From: an uncultured Gemmatimonadales bacterium
GTDB taxonomy: Bacteria; Gemmatimonadota; Gemmatimonadetes; Gemmatimonadales; GWC2-71-9
Assembly (NCBI GenBank): GCA_963739455.1
Contig: CAVUAK010000003.1
Coordinates: 64,001 to 128,000 of the forward strand
Length of the DNA stretch: 64,000 nucleotides
Direction: 5' to 3'
The notes beneath the pieces were generated by a model. That model was not told the DNA's origin, made no database searches, and saw only the letters and a list, made by a program, of their open reading frames with translations. Of this stretch, positions 23,919 through 36,276 are shown piece by piece. Position numbers and translations under genes: made by a program. Positions within the stretch are counted from its first letter, which is position 1. Each line of letters starts with the position of its first letter.

Positions 23919-26028
23919 ATGAGTTTGCGCGACCAGCCCCGCTCCCTGGCGCTCCTCGTCCTCTCGCTCGTCGGCTTGGCGGCCGTGGGCACGTGGACCC
24001 ATGGCATCGTGCGTCGCTCCATACGCGACCGCACCGAGGACCGGTTGCGGCTGGTCATGAACTCGATGTACCAGGGTCTCAACGCCTGGGTGTCCGGTGA
24101 GCAGGCGCTCGTGCGCTGGATCGCTGCCGCACCCGTGGTGCGGACAGACCTGCTGGAGATCGCCGCGCGGGCGCCGCGCCTCGATGACGCTGCGCTGAGG
24201 CGCCTGCCCGCCCGGGCGCGCCTCATGGAGCGCCTCAGGCCGGTGCTGGAGAGCCACGGATACCAGAACTTCGCGTTTATCGGGCCCGATAGCCGGATCC
24301 TCACCTCAAACGACTCTGCCCTCGTCGGGAAGCCCACCACGGCCTACCCCGCAAACCTCGTGAGCCGCCTGCGCCGGGGTGAGTCGGTCACCATCCCCAT
24401 TCGCGTTCAGGCGGTGGACAGCGCCGGTCGGCCGCTCGACTTTACCCGGCCCGCGATCCTCACCGCATCGCCCGTCTTTGCCGATCCATCCGGCGCCGGC
24501 GAATTCGTCGGGTGGTTTGACCTGCGCGCCGATCCAGCCACCGGGTTCGATCCCATCATCGAGGCCGGTCGCCCCGGCCTGACCGGCGAGACCTACTTCA
24601 TCAACGCCGACGGCACCATGCTCTCGGGCAGCCGCTTCGACGCCGACCTGCGCAGGACCGGGCTCCTGCCGCGCGATACGCTCGTCGGCTCGACGCTGAA
24701 CGTGCGTGTCGGCGATCCTGGCGGCAACCTGCTGCGTGGCTTCGACCCCGGCAGCCCGCCGAGCGCCTGGCCGCTCACCCACATGGGCCAGCACGCCACC
24801 ATCGGTGAGGACGGGCTCGATCTCGACGGTTATCGCAATTATCTCGGCCAGCAGGTCGTGGGCACTTGGCGCTGGTTTCCCAGGGCGGCGGTGGGTATCG
24901 CCGTGGAGCAGGGCTACCAGGAAAGCTACGGCGGCATGCGCATTCTCTGGCGTGCTTTCGGAACCCTGTTCGGCATCATCGTGGTTGGGACGGCCCTCAT
25001 CTGGTTCATCTGTCGGCATGCTCGAGCGCGCCCGGGCGCGGGCGCGTCGCGCGGAACAACTCGGCCAGTACACGCTCGAGCGCATCATCGGGGAGGGCGC
25101 CATGGGCACCGTCTACCGGGCTCGGCACGCCTTCCTCCGGCGGCCCACGGCGGTGAAGCTGCTGCGCGCCGAGCGCAGCACCCCGCAGGCCGTGCGGCGG
25201 TTCGAGAAGGAAGTCCAGGCCACGAGCCAGCTGGTGCACCCCAACACCATCACGGTGTTCGACTACGGCCGGACACCCGTCGGCACTTTCTACTATGCCA
25301 TGGAATACCTCCGCGGTCTCACGCTCGATGTGGTGGTGCAGCGCTTCGGGCCGCTGCCCGAGCGCCGGGTCGCCCACATCCTGCGACAGGCGTGCGGCTC
25401 GCTCGCCGAGGCACACGACGCGGGGCTGATCCACCGCGACGTGAAGCCGCAGAACATCATGCTGTGCCACCGCGGTGGTGTGCCCGACCTGGTGAAGGTG
25501 CTGGACTTTGGCCTGGTCAAGGAAAGCGAAGTGCCCGAACCCGACCTCACGCGCGACGGCGCTGCAGTCGGGACGCCACTCTACATGGCCCCCGAGGCGG
25601 CGTCGGCATCCGGCGAAATCGATGCCCGGGCCGACCTCTACTCGCTCGGCGTTGTCGCGTACTTCCTGCTCAGCGGTGTGCAGCCCTTCTTCGGTGTCAA
25701 TGCGCGCGAGGTCATGCGGCGCCACATGGAAGAGCGCCCCAAGTCGCCATCGGAGCGGCTGGGTCAGCCGCTCAACCACGAACTCGAGGCGCTGGTTCTC
25801 CTGTTGCTGGCCAAGGATCCCGGCAGTCGCCCGCCGTCGGCGCGAGCCGTGGAGGAAATGCTCGACCAGGTCATCGAGCCGATGCTCGGGCGCTGGACCG
25901 ACGAGGAGGGCGATGCCTGGTGGCGCGCCAACGCGCCACAGCTCATTGGCATGGGCCATGACGACGAGCCGGAAGCGGCACCGCTCAAGCTCGACGTGGA
26001 CGTCGCGAGCCGGGCCGGCCGGCTCTGA
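23919..26028 (+). CDS. Membrane Ser/Thr kinase with extracytoplasmic Cache-like domain (frameshift near 25010)
   Basis: TM, GLTGETY...GYRNYLG, TM, then IGEGAMGTVY, HRDVKPQN, DFG, GTPLYMAPE. Confidence 0.87.
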
Positions 26029-26051
26029 GTTCACGCGCGGCTGGACCCCTC

Positions 26052-26741
26052 TTGGTCTTCCTGTGTGCGCTGGCCGCCCCGCCGGCGCGCGCGCAGGTGC
26101 CCGCCACCGCCGGCCAGGTCTGGACCATCGGGAACGTCTGGCTGCCGCTTCCCTCGAAGTTCCGCGTGCTCGCCACCGGCGAAGTGAATGCCGGTACCGA
26201 CTACAACTACCAGCAGTGGATCGGCGGGGTCGGGATCGGCTACCAGTGGAAGCGGGTCAGCGAGCTGGCGCACATGGTCAACATCAACAGCGACAAGGAG
26301 AGTCGCCTGGTGGTGGGGGCAGGATACGAATACCTGTGGACCGAGCAGGAAGGTGCGGCGACGACGGAAGACCGGGTCGTGATCGATGCCACGCCACGCT
26401 ATCGCCCCAAGAGTCACTGGCTGCTCGACTGGCGCAACCGCGCCGAATTGCGATGGGTGGATGGCAAGTACTCCACCCGGTTCCGCACCAGGATCACGGT
26501 CGAGCGCGATATCCCCGTGCGCAAGAACGGCCGGCTCACCCCATACGCATCGGCCGAGTTCTTCTACAATTTTGCATCGGACAGTTGGGACAAGCAGCAG
26601 TATGCCATCGGAATGGAACTGCCGTATCGACGAGTCTTCATGGTGCAGGCCTACTACCTCTTCCAGCACAACAGTTCCGCACCCGACAACGTGAACGTGC
26701 TCGGCATCACCCTGAACTTCTTCCTCCGCAACGGCCTATAG
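26052..26741 (+). CDS. DUF2490-like outer-membrane beta-barrel
   Basis: Signal peptide, RNRAELR...RFRTR, PYASAEFFY. Confidence 0.7.
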   Translation: MVFLCALAAPPARAQVPATAGQVWTIGNVWLPLPSKFRVLATGEVNAGTDYNYQQWIGGVGIGYQWKRVSELAHMVNINSDKESRLVVGAGYEYLWTEQEGAATTEDRVVIDATPRYRPKSHWLLDWRNRAELRWVDGKYSTRFRTRITVERDIPVRKNGRLTPYASAEFFYNFASDSWDKQQYAIGMELPYRRVFMVQAYYLFQHNSSAPDNVNVLGITLNFFLRNGL

Positions 26742-26743
26742 CT

Positions 26744-26793
26744 TCCTTCAAGTCCTCAAGTCCTCAAGTCCTCAAGCCTTCAAGCCTTCAAGC
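26744..26793. repeat. Octamer tandem repeat (TCCTCAAG/CCTTCAAG)
   Basis: Directly visible between convergent genes. Confidence 0.8.
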
Positions 26794-27408
26794 CTGTTCC
26801 AACGCCCTCCACATATACCAGCTCGCCAGTGAGCGGTACGGTCGCCACCGTTCGGCGTGCGCCGTGAGTTCCTCCACCGTCGGCAGGTCCTTCCTCCGGT
26901 ACGTCAGCGCGAACCCCTTCTTCACGCCGTAGTCGGCCACCGGCAGCACGTCGGGTCGCCCCAGCCGGAACATCAGGAACATGTGCACCGTCCACGGCCC
27001 GATGCCGCGAACCACGGTGAGGCGTTCCACCACTTCGTCGTCACTGAGGCGGCGGATCTGCGCCAGCGTCGGCAGTTCGCCGCTCGCGGTGCGGTGCGCC
27101 AGGTCGATCATTGCCGCGGTCTTCGCGTTGGACAGGCCGGCCGACCTGAGCCGGTGGGGCGGGGTAGCGGCGAGCTGGGCCGGTGTTGGGAAGGTCTTCG
27201 GGGCGTAGAGGGCGCGCACGCGCCCGAAGATGGTGGATGCCGCCTTGCCCGACAGTTGCTGGTACACGATCGACCGCGCCAGCGCATGGAACAGCGTCGT
27301 GGTGGGCGATAGCTCGAACCGATCGTCCGGGCACTGGTCCATCAGCCGCGCCAGGCGCTTGTCCCGGCTCCGCAGGTGTGCCTCGGCGACATCCAGGTCA
27401 TACGTCAT
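26788..27408 (-). CDS. DNA-3-methyladenine glycosylase II (AlkA-like HhH-GPD)
   Basis: SIVYQQLSGKAA, VRGIGPWT, DVLPVADYG, WRPYRS. Confidence 0.9.
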   Translation of the reverse strand: MTYDLDVAEAHLRSRDKRLARLMDQCPDDRFELSPTTTLFHALARSIVYQQLSGKAASTIFGRVRALYAPKTFPTPAQLAATPPHRLRSAGLSNAKTAAMIDLAHRTASGELPTLAQIRRLSDDEVVERLTVVRGIGPWTVHMFLMFRLGRPDVLPVADYGVKKGFALTYRRKDLPTVEELTAHAERWRPYRSLASWYMWRALEQA

Positions 27409-27483
27409 TGCGAGGCGGCAGCGTAGCTGCCGAATCCAGTGTCATTCGAGGGAGCTCGTAGAGCGAGCTCCCTGGAAAATCCC
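27404..27483. repeat. Two tandem GTCAT-type REP-like palindromes
   Basis: GTCATTGCGAGG-CGGCAGC-GTA-GCTGCCG-AATCC and GTCATTCG-AGGGAGCTCG-TAGAG-CGAGCTCCCT. Confidence 0.6.
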
Positions 27484-27500
27484 GGTGCATCTGCACGGAG

Positions 27501-27707
27501 CTACGCCCCGGTCGGCTTGAACATCGCCGCATCCAGGATCGACCAGAGGTGAATGATCCAGCCCATCCAGATCAGCCACAGCGCGCCGGCAAGGACGAAC
27601 ATGATCGCACCCTTGATCGGGCGCCCCTGGATCAGCTGTCCCAGCCCCGGAATGAAGAAGCTCGCCAGCGCGGCGATCACGTTGCCTGAAGAACCCTGGC
27701 CTGCCAT
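27501..27707 (-). CDS. Small membrane protein (SFFIPGLGQ motif)
   Basis: AGGAGG RBS; AALASFFIPGLGQLIQGR. Confidence 0.75.
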   Translation of the reverse strand: MAGQGSSGNVIAALASFFIPGLGQLIQGRPIKGAIMFVLAGALWLIWMGWIIHLWSILDAAMFKPTGA

Positions 27708-27735
27708 CCCAACCTCCTGAGGGTGTCCGGAAAAG

Positions 27736-28638
27736 CTAATCGGCGTGTGCCGCCGCCTGCGCCGATCGCGCGAGCAGCAGCCCCGCCGCGATGATGGCGA
27801 GTGCCCCCAGCGCCTGCGGCAGCGAGGGACGCTCGCCGAATACCGGGATGGCGAGCACCACCGTGAAAAGGATGCCGAGATAGGTCAGCGCCGACACCCG
27901 GGCGGCGCTGTCCAGCGAGTATGCCCGCGTCATCGCCAGTTGAGCGCCCCCGCCCGCCATCCCGGTGCCCAGCAGGAACAGCGCGGCCCGCGGCGACGGG
28001 GTGCGCCACACCGGGATCGACAGCGCCACCGTGGTTACCAGCGCCACGAGCGAGAAGTGCAGCACCACCGCCTCGCCGCTCTCGCCGGCTCCCCAGGCGC
28101 CGGAGCAGCATCATCGCGAAGGCAGTAGAGCAGGGCGCCGAGCGTGGCGATCGCCGCCACGCCGATGGCGCTCTGGAAGCGCGGCTGCAGGACGAGGGCC
28201 ACGCCGGCGAACGCGATGACCACCGCCAGTCCCACCGAGCGCGACCGCGGCTCGCCCAGGAAGGCGGGGGCCAGCAGTGCCACGAAGATGGGCGCGGTGG
28301 CACCGAGCGTCACCGCATCGGCGAGGTGGATGCGGGGCGACGTGAGCGCGTAGAATGTGCAGAGGGCCGAGAGCGTGCCGAAGATGGCCCGCCCCCAGGA
28401 TGCGCGCTGGTCGGTGATCCGGAGCGACACGCCGCGCAGCGCGCGCGAGCCCGACGGCCAGCAGCACGCCAACCAGGAATCGCGCCGCGGCAACCTCGGG
28501 CCACGGAAGATCGCCGCCAGCCAGTCGGGCGCTTACGTTCATCACCGCGAAGCACACCTGGGCGAGTAGCATCCATCCGAGGCCGGCCAGGTGATGGCTG
28601 GCCGCCTCGGGCTCGCTCGCGGAATCAATCACGGTCAT
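27736..28638 (-). CDS. DMT/EamA transporter (frameshifted)
   Basis: TAPIFVALLAPAFLGE, AQLAMTRAY, PVFGERP. Confidence 0.85.
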
Positions 28639-28673
28639 GGCGGGGGAAGTTACATGCACAGGCGCTCGACCCG

Positions 28674-30735
28674 GTGAGTCCCCACCTGTTCCTGCAGGAC
28701 CTGGCCCTGGTGCTGTGCGCGGCCGCGCTCACCACCATCGCCTGCCAGCGGCTGCGCCTGCCGGTGGTCCTCGGGCTACCTGCTTGCCGGGATCATCGTC
28801 GGCCCGCACACCCCCATCCCGTTCTTCGCGCACGACGAAACTGTTCGCACTCTCGCCGAGCTCGGCGTCATCCTCCTGATGTTCTCGCTTGGCCTCGAGT
28901 TCAGCCTCCGCGCGCTGGGCCGCATCATCCCCACGGCCGGTGTCGTTGCCCTGATCGAGGTGGGGCTCACCTTCGGCCTCGGTTTCCAGGTGGCCGCCCT
29001 CTTCGGGCTCGGCACGCGCGCCAGCCTGCTCGCCGGTGCCCTGGTGTCGATTTCGTCGACGATGATCGTGTCGCACGCCTTCCAGGACCTCCGCGTCGAG
29101 AAGCGCACGCGCGAGTTCGTCTTCGGGATCCTGATCGCCGAGGACCTGGTGGCGATCATGATGCTCGCCACGCTGTCGGCGATCGCCTCGGGTACCGGCG
29201 ACACCGAGCATGTCCTGATGGCAACCGGGGGTCGCCTCGTGCTGGTGGTGGCGGCACTGCTCGGACTCGGCCTGCTGGTGGTGCCGTGGGTCTTCCGGAA
29301 CATCGTGGCCCTGCGACGCAAGGAGACGCTGCTTGTCACCAGTGTCGGGTTCTGCTTTGCCCTGGCGCTCTTCGCCCAGTCCCAGGGCCTCTCCGTGGCA
29401 CTCGGTGCCTTCCTGGCCGGTGCATTGATCTCGGAGGCCGGGGTCTCGCGTCACGTGGAGCCGCTGGTGGAGCCGCTGCGGGACATGTTCACCGGCATCT
29501 TCTTCGTGTCGATCGGCATGCTCTTCGACCCCGCAGGCGCGCTGCGCGACTGGCCGCTCATCCTCGCGCTGACGGTGGTGGTGGTGGTGGGCAAGTCGGT
29601 CGGCGTCACGGTCGGCGCATTCCTTTCCGGGCAACCGGTGCGCACGGCAGTGCAGGCCGGCATGAGCCTTACCCAGATCGGCGAGTTTTCCTTCGTCATC
29701 GCGACGATCGGTGCCGGGCTCGGCACGGGTGCCGGGCGCCTGTTCAGCGTGGCCGTGGCCGTCGCAATGCTCACGGCCTTCACCACGCCGCTGCTGATGG
29801 GCCGGTCCGAGCGCTTTGCCCTCTACGTCGATGCCCGGCTGCCGCGCGCGCTGCAGACATTCGTGTCGCTCTACGGCTCGTGGCTCGAACTGTTGCGGCA
29901 GCCGCGGGCCGTGTCGGCCTGGTCCCTGGTCCGGCGCGGGCTGGCGATGCTCGTGCTCTATGCCACCGCACTTGCCGGGATCGTCATCGCCGCTGCCATC
30001 AATTTCCCGACCCTCGAAGCGTACCTGCTGGGCCGGTTCGAGCTCGAGCCCGCCGGGGCGTCGGCACTGGTCATCATCGGCACCGCGATTGTCTCGCTGC
30101 CGTTCGCTGTCCTGATGGTTCGCGCCGGGCGCAACATCGCCGAGAAGCTGGCGGCGCGCGCGCTCCCGCCTCCCTCACGGGGTGTCGACCAGGGCAGGGC
30201 ACCGAGGCGGACCCTGGTGCTGGCGCTGCAGGTCGGCGCGCTGCTCTCGGTTGGTCTGCTGATCGTGGCCGTCACCCAGCCATTCCTGCCACGCTTGAGC
30301 GCACCGGCCCTGATCGCCCTCGTGCTGGCATTCCTCGGCGTGGCGTTCTGGCGCGCGGCGAAGGACCTGCAGGGGCACATGCGCGCCGGCGCCGAGGTCG
30401 CGGCCCACATGCTGACGGCGGAGCATCGTCGGTTCGACAGCGCCGATGGGGCGCTCCTCCAGGTTGAGAAGCTCCTTCCCGGCATCGGCAGCCTCTCGGC
30501 GGTGACGGTGCAAGCCGGGGGGCCTGCCGACAAGCGCACTCTGGCCGAGCTCAACTTGCGCGGACTCACCGGTGCGACCGTGGTGGCGGTGAGCCGCGGC
30601 GACCGCCCGCTCATCTATCCGTCGGGTCGCGTGCAGCTGGAGGCTGGGGACGTGCTGGCGCTGAGTGGTACAACGGAGGCCGTCGCGGCCGCGAGCGAGC
30701 GGTTGTCGGGGCCCGGACCCGATGGGAGGACGTGA
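28674..30735 (+). CDS. CPA2 cation:proton antiporter with TrkA-C domain (5' frameshift)
   Basis: LMFSLGLEFS, ISSTMI, LGAFLAG, QIGEFSF, TGATVVAV. Confidence 0.88.
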
Positions 30736-32147
30736 TGGAGATCAGTGAATTCCGCCGCGCAGGCCATGATCTCGTCGACTGGATGGCCGACTACCTGAAG
30801 GATGTCGAGCGCCTGCCGATTACCCCCGACGTGAAGCCGGGCGACATCCGTCGCTCGCTTCCGCCGTCACCACCGCAGGTCGCCGAGCCCACCGAGCAGC
30901 TGATGAATGACTTCGGCCGGTTGATCCTGCCTGGCATGACGCACTGGGGTCATCCCGGCTTCTTCGCCTATTTCCCCTCCAATGCGAGCCCGCCGTCCAT
31001 GCTCGCCGAGATGCTGACGGCAGCCCTCGGCGCGCAGTGCATGTCATGGCAGACGTCGCCCGCGGCCACTGAGCTGGAGCAGGTGACGATGGAATGGCTG
31101 CGCCAGATGCTCGCGCTGCCCGAGGGGTTCACCGGCGTCATCCAGGACACCTCGTCCACCGCGACGCTGGTGGCACTGCTGACCGCGCGCGAGCGCGCCA
31201 CCGGGTTTGCCGCCGCCATTCACGGCCTGCAGGACGTGGAGCGCAAGCTGGTCGTCTACACGTCGCGCGAGCGGCATTCGTCGGTGGACAAGGCGGTGCG
31301 CCTGGCCGGCTACGGCATCGAGTCGTTGCGACTCATCGACCTCGATGACGCGTATGCCATGCGCCCGGACGTGCTGGAGCAGGCCATCCTGGCCGATCTC
31401 GCGCAGGGACTCGTTCCCGCCGCCGTGGTGGCCACCACCGGCACCACCGGTTCCACCGCCATCGATCCGCTCCGCCCCATCGGCGAGATCTGCCGCCGGC
31501 ACGGCATCTGGTTCCACATCGATGCATCGTACGCCGGCACGGCGGCAATCCTGCCCGAAAAGCGGTGGATCCTCGACGGGGTGGAGTACGCCGACAGCTT
31601 CGTGTTCAACCCGCACAAGTGGATGCTGGTCAACTTCGACTGCTCCGCCTACTTCGTGAAGGATGTCGACGCATTGCTTCGCACCTTCTCGGCGAGCCCC
31701 GAGTACCTGCGCACTGCGCACGATGCCGAAGTGGCGAACTTCCGCGACTGGGGCATCCAGCTCGGTCGCCGCTTCCGCGCGCTCAAGCTCTGGTGGGTCA
31801 TCAAGAGCTACGGGGTCGAGGGATTGCAGGCGATCATCAGGAAAAACTGCGAGTGGGCCACCTCGGTCGCCGAGTGGGTGAGGGCGGACAACCGGTTCGA
31901 GCTGATGGCTCCCGTGCCGCTCGGGCTCGTCTGCTTTCGCCTGCGCCCACGCGAGGGCGAGGACGAGGCGGCATGCAACGAGCGCAACCGGGAGCTCCTG
32001 GCCCGCGTGAACGCGACGCGCCAGGTGTACTTCTCACACACGGCGCTCGATGGTCGCTACACCATCCGCATGGCGATCGGTGCCCGCGCCACGGAACTGC
32101 GCCACGTGCGGGAGGCGTGGGCCCTCATCGCAGCGAGTGCGGGCTAG
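30735..32147 (+). CDS. PLP-dependent aromatic amino acid decarboxylase
   Basis: THWGHPGFFAYF, SPAATELE, NPHKW, LGRRFRALKLW. Confidence 0.9.
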   Translation: MEISEFRRAGHDLVDWMADYLKDVERLPITPDVKPGDIRRSLPPSPPQVAEPTEQLMNDFGRLILPGMTHWGHPGFFAYFPSNASPPSMLAEMLTAALGAQCMSWQTSPAATELEQVTMEWLRQMLALPEGFTGVIQDTSSTATLVALLTARERATGFAAAIHGLQDVERKLVVYTSRERHSSVDKAVRLAGYGIESLRLIDLDDAYAMRPDVLEQAILADLAQGLVPAAVVATTGTTGSTAIDPLRPIGEICRRHGIWFHIDASYAGTAAILPEKRWILDGVEYADSFVFNPHKWMLVNFDCSAYFVKDVDALLRTFSASPEYLRTAHDAEVANFRDWGIQLGRRFRALKLWWVIKSYGVEGLQAIIRKNCEWATSVAEWVRADNRFELMAPVPLGLVCFRLRPREGEDEAACNERNRELLARVNATRQVYFSHTALDGRYTIRMAIGARATELRHVREAWALIAASAG

Positions 32148-32240
32148 CTGGCGTCCGATGCTCGGTTGGCCCCGCGCAAGCGCGAGCGCGAGGGGTTGGG
32201 CAGGGTAGGGAGGAAGGGCGTCGAGAGCGCTGGAGCGGGG

Positions 32241-35051
32241 TCAGCCGAGCAAGGGCGCCAAAGCAGGGGCCGACTCGTCGAGCACCTCGCGCAGGTACCT
32301 GCCCGTGTGCGATATCTCGACTTCGGCCACCGCCTCCGGCGTCCCCTGTGCCACCACCCGCCCTCCTTCATCTCCTGCCTCCGGGCCGAGGTCGATAACC
32401 CAGTCCGCCCGCTTGATCACGTCCATGTGATGCTCGATGACCAGCACCGTGTGCCCCGCGTCCACCAGCCGGTCGAGCACGCTGATCAGCACCCGCACGT
32501 CGTCGAGATGCAGCCCGGTGGTCGGTTCGTCGAGGATGTACAGCTTGCGCCCCGCCTTCTTGCCCGCCTGCGCCAGTTCCCGCGCAATCTTGAGCCGCTG
32601 CGCCTCGCCGCCCGATAGCGTCGTCGCCGGCTGCCCCAGCCGCAGGTAGCCCAGTCCCACCTGCTGCAGGTGCCAGAGCGCCACGCCCAGCCTTGGCTGG
32701 TGCCGGAACCGCGATACCGCCTCTTCCACCGTCCACTGCAGCACGTCGTGGATCGACTGCCCGTGGATTTTCACGTCGAGCACTTCACGCTTGAAGCGCG
32801 ATCCCCCGCAGGTCTCGCATGGCACATACACATCGGCCAGGAACACCATCTCCACCTGCACATGCCCCGCACCCTCACACGTTTCACAGCGGCCGCCCGG
32901 CAGGTTGAACGAGAACGTCGCCGGCGTGTACTTCCGCTGCCGCGATAGCGGCTGGTTCGCGAACAACTCGCGGATCTCGTCGAAGGCCTTGATGTAGGTC
33001 ACCGGGTTGGAGCGGGGGCTCCGTCCAATGGGTGACTGGTCCACCAGCAGTACGTCCTGCAGCCATTCGGCGCCCGACACCACCCCTTCACCCACCGCTT
33101 CGCCAAGGTGGGACTTCGCCGAGTGGCCGCCATGCAGCCGTGCCTCGAGCTGCCGGTAGAGCACGTCGTGGATCAGTGTGCTCTTGCCCGAGCCCGAGAC
33201 ACCCGTCACCGCGGTGAGCGTGCCCAGCGGAATGTCGCAGTCGGCGCCGTGCAGGTTATGCAGTCGTGCCCCGCGCAGCTTGAGCCATCGCGGTCCAGCC
33301 ACGCGGCGAACGCTGGGCACACCGATCCGCTTCTCGCCGGTGAGGTACTGTCCCGTGAGGGATTGCAGTGGTCCCGTGATCGGGCCCGCATGCACCACCC
33401 GCCCGCCATGCTCGCCGGCGCCCGGGCCCAGCTCGAGCATGAAGTCCGCCTGGCGGATCGCCGCGATGTCATGCTCCACCACCACCACGGTGTTTCCCCC
33501 GTCGCGCAGCCGGTGCAGGAGGGCGAGCAGCCGGTCGGTGTCCCGCGGGTGCAGGCCTATCGAGGGCTCGTCCAGGACGTATAGCGTGTCGACCAGGCGC
33601 GACCCGAGTGCATTCGAGAGCGCGATGCGCTGCGCCTCGCCACCCGACAGCGTGCGGGTCTGCCGGTCCATCGTCAGGTAGCCAAGGCCCACGTCACGCA
33701 GGTACTCGACCCGCGGCGACAGTTCCTCGACTACCGATCCACCGATCTCCCGCTCGTGTGCCGTGAGCGGCAGCGTGGCGAGCCAGGCGTGGAGGCCGTC
33801 GATCGACAGCGCCGACACGTCGGAGATCATCCGCCCCGCCAGCCGCACCGCGCGCGCATGTTCGTTGAGGCGCGTGCCCCCGCACGACGGACAGGTCTCC
33901 GCCAGCTGGTACTGCCGCAGGAACACGCGGATGTACTGCTTGTAGCGCTTTTCCTCGAGTCCCTTGAGGAAGGGGAAGATCCCGAGGTAGCCCTTGCTCT
34001 TTCCGTGGAGCAGTTCCCGTCGCACCGTCGCCTTGAGCTTCTTCCACGGCGCGTTCACGTCGGCGCCGAGCTCGCGTGCCTTCTTGTCCAGCGCCCGCCG
34101 CCGTGACTCGTAGCGTGGCTTGGTCCACGGGTCGATCGCGCCATCCGAAATCGCCAGCGACGGGTCGGGCACGATCAGTGACTCGGCGTACTCCAGCACC
34201 GCCCCGAAGCCGTTGCACGCCTCGCACGCACCGCGCGGATTGTTGAACGAGAAAAGGTTGGGCGTGAGCGGCACGGATGGCGTGTCGCAGGCGCTGCAGG
34301 TGGGGAACACGGTGAAGCGCATGCGCCCGCCATCGTGCAGCACGAGCGCGACCCCCTCGCCCTCGCCGAAGGCCGTGCCCAGCGCCTCACCGAGCCGGGG
34401 CGGGGCATTGCCCGTCGACGCGATCGCGAGACGGTCCACCACCACGAGCAGTTCCTTCGCCTTTGCGAGATCGCGCTTCGGGGGCAGCTCGTCGAGGTGC
34501 AGCAGGTCGCCATCGGCCAGTACCCGCAGGAAGCCCAGTGCCCGCAGGTTCTCCACGATCAATTCATGGCTCGCGCGCGCCGAGGCCGGCAGCGGGAACG
34601 CCACCTGGAAGCGCCCGGTCACGGAGGCCGCCACCGCATCGGTGGCCGACTGCACGGTGTCGCGCCGCACCGGCGCACCGCACTTCCGGCAATACGGCGT
34701 GCCAAGGCGGGCCCAGAGCAGCCGGAGGAAGTCGTACACCTCGGTGGCGGTGCCGACGGTCGAGCGGCTGGAGACGGTGGGATTGCGCTGCTCGATCGCC
34801 ACGGCCGGCGCGAGGCCCTCGAGGCGGTCCACCAGCGGCTTCGGCATCCGCTCGAGAAACTGCTTTGCGTACGTGGAGAGCGACTCGATGTACCGCCGCT
34901 GGCCCTCGGCGTAGAGGGTGTCGAACGCAAGGCTCGACTTCCCCGACCCTGAAGGGCCGGTGATCACGATGAGGGCCCGGTGGGGCAGGTCCACCGTGAC
35001 GCCCTTGAGGTTGTGCTGGCGCGCGTTGACGATGCGAATGACGTCCGGCAT
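32241..35051 (-). CDS. uvrA: Excinuclease ABC subunit A
   Basis: [30 protein letters not shown], second [12 protein letters not shown], zinc fingers. Confidence 0.93.
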   Translation of the reverse strand: MPDVIRIVNARQHNLKGVTVDLPHRALIVITGPSGSGKSSLAFDTLYAEGQRRYIESLSTYAKQFLERMPKPLVDRLEGLAPAVAIEQRNPTVSSRSTVGTATEVYDFLRLLWARLGTPYCRKCGAPVRRDTVQSATDAVAASVTGRFQVAFPLPASARASHELIVENLRALGFLRVLADGDLLHLDELPPKRDLAKAKELLVVVDRLAIASTGNAPPRLGEALGTAFGEGEGVALVLHDGGRMRFTVFPTCSACDTPSVPLTPNLFSFNNPRGACEACNGFGAVLEYAESLIVPDPSLAISDGAIDPWTKPRYESRRRALDKKARELGADVNAPWKKLKATVRRELLHGKSKGYLGIFPFLKGLEEKRYKQYIRVFLRQYQLAETCPSCGGTRLNEHARAVRLAGRMISDVSALSIDGLHAWLATLPLTAHEREIGGSVVEELSPRVEYLRDVGLGYLTMDRQTRTLSGGEAQRIALSNALGSRLVDTLYVLDEPSIGLHPRDTDRLLALLHRLRDGGNTVVVVEHDIAAIRQADFMLELGPGAGEHGGRVVHAGPITGPLQSLTGQYLTGEKRIGVPSVRRVAGPRWLKLRGARLHNLHGADCDIPLGTLTAVTGVSGSGKSTLIHDVLYRQLEARLHGGHSAKSHLGEAVGEGVVSGAEWLQDVLLVDQSPIGRSPRSNPVTYIKAFDEIRELFANQPLSRQRKYTPATFSFNLPGGRCETCEGAGHVQVEMVFLADVYVPCETCGGSRFKREVLDVKIHGQSIHDVLQWTVEEAVSRFRHQPRLGVALWHLQQVGLGYLRLGQPATTLSGGEAQRLKIARELAQAGKKAGRKLYILDEPTTGLHLDDVRVLISVLDRLVDAGHTVLVIEHHMDVIKRADWVIDLGPEAGDEGGRVVAQGTPEAVAEVEISHTGRYLREVLDESAPALAPLLG

Positions 35052-35148
35052 GGCGGTGCGAAGAATAGTGACCAGCGGGCTTTCGGGATAGCTTCGGGTT
35101 CTCGCACCTGTCGGTGGGTGGGCGTGCTCCGCTACGTTTCTGCGCCGC

Positions 35149-36231
35149 ATGGCCGCAAAACTCTTCACACCGCAACTGATCCGACGCGGGCTCGAGATCT
35201 TCCTCCTGATCTCGCTGGCCGGCTTCGTTTTCACGTTTATCTACGGCAAGAACCCGCAGGCCGTCCTCGACAAGGCGCTGCACCTCCACTGGCAGTGGCT
35301 CCTGGTGGGCCTGGTGCTGGCGTCGATGGACTGGATCGGGGGCGGGTTGCGCCTCTGGGTCGTCGCCCGCGTGGTGCACCCCAACCCGCCCATCGGCGGG
35401 ATGATGCTCGCCGGGGGCATGAGCGCCTGGGCGGCCTACCTCACCCCGCTGCAGTCGGGCGCAGCGCCGATGATGATCTTCACCATGCGGCGTTTCGGCA
35501 TTCCAGTGCCGGTGGCCCTGACGTCCACCCTGATGACGTTCATCGCCACCATTCTCTTCTTCGGCATCGCAGGGCCCCTCGCCATCTTCCTGGGCGCGGG
35601 AAAGTCGCTGGGGGCGAAGGACGCGGTGCTCGGCTTCTCACTGTACGACCTCTACCTCGGCACCTTGAGCGTGTTCGTGGTGCTTGGCGTGGTGCTGCTC
35701 GCCGTCATCATCTTCCCGAAGCACATGAGTGCGCTGGTGCACCGGCTGGCCGAGTGGGCGGGCCGTCGCAGCCGCCGCATCGCCGACCGGCTCGAGGGAC
35801 TCCGCAAGGGCATCGACCAGGCCCACGAGTCGGTGCTGGAGTTCAACACGCCGCGGGGCTGGCTCGCGCTGCTCTGGGCCACCCTCCTGTCGGCGCCGTC
35901 ACACGCGAACAAGCTGCTCGCCGGGTACGTCGCCATGCGCACGCTGGGCATTCACGCCAACTTCGTGGATATCCTGCTGCTGCAGACGCTGATCACCTTC
36001 CTGCTTTACTTCGCGCCCACGCCCGGCGCCTCCGGCATCGCCGAGGTGCTTTCCGCGCTCATCATGGCGTCGTACGTGCCCAAGGAACTGACCCCGCTCT
36101 ACATCCTGATCTGGCGCCTCATCCTGAGCTACTTCACCATCGGCTTCGGCTTCTTCGTCTTCACCACCTGGGTGCGGAAGGGACTGACGGGCATCTCGAC
36201 CGACGGTGACGAGGGAGTGGAAGGAACTTGA
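35149..36231 (+). CDS. Lysylphosphatidylglycerol synthase TM / flippase-like protein
   Basis: TPLQSG, PTPGASGIAE, LIWRLILSY. Confidence 0.8.
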   Translation: MAAKLFTPQLIRRGLEIFLLISLAGFVFTFIYGKNPQAVLDKALHLHWQWLLVGLVLASMDWIGGGLRLWVVARVVHPNPPIGGMMLAGGMSAWAAYLTPLQSGAAPMMIFTMRRFGIPVPVALTSTLMTFIATILFFGIAGPLAIFLGAGKSLGAKDAVLGFSLYDLYLGTLSVFVVLGVVLLAVIIFPKHMSALVHRLAEWAGRRSRRIADRLEGLRKGIDQAHESVLEFNTPRGWLALLWATLLSAPSHANKLLAGYVAMRTLGIHANFVDILLLQTLITFLLYFAPTPGASGIAEVLSALIMASYVPKELTPLYILIWRLILSYFTIGFGFFVFTTWVRKGLTGISTDGDEGVEGT

Positions 36232-36276
36232 GCCCCTGTTCCCTGTTCCCTGTTCCCTGTTCCCGCAGTTGGCTGG

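Noticed and set aside
20067..27408. tag plus AlkA-like gene as a dedicated alkylation-resistance island
   Set aside because: They are 6 kb apart with unrelated genes between, and both are common
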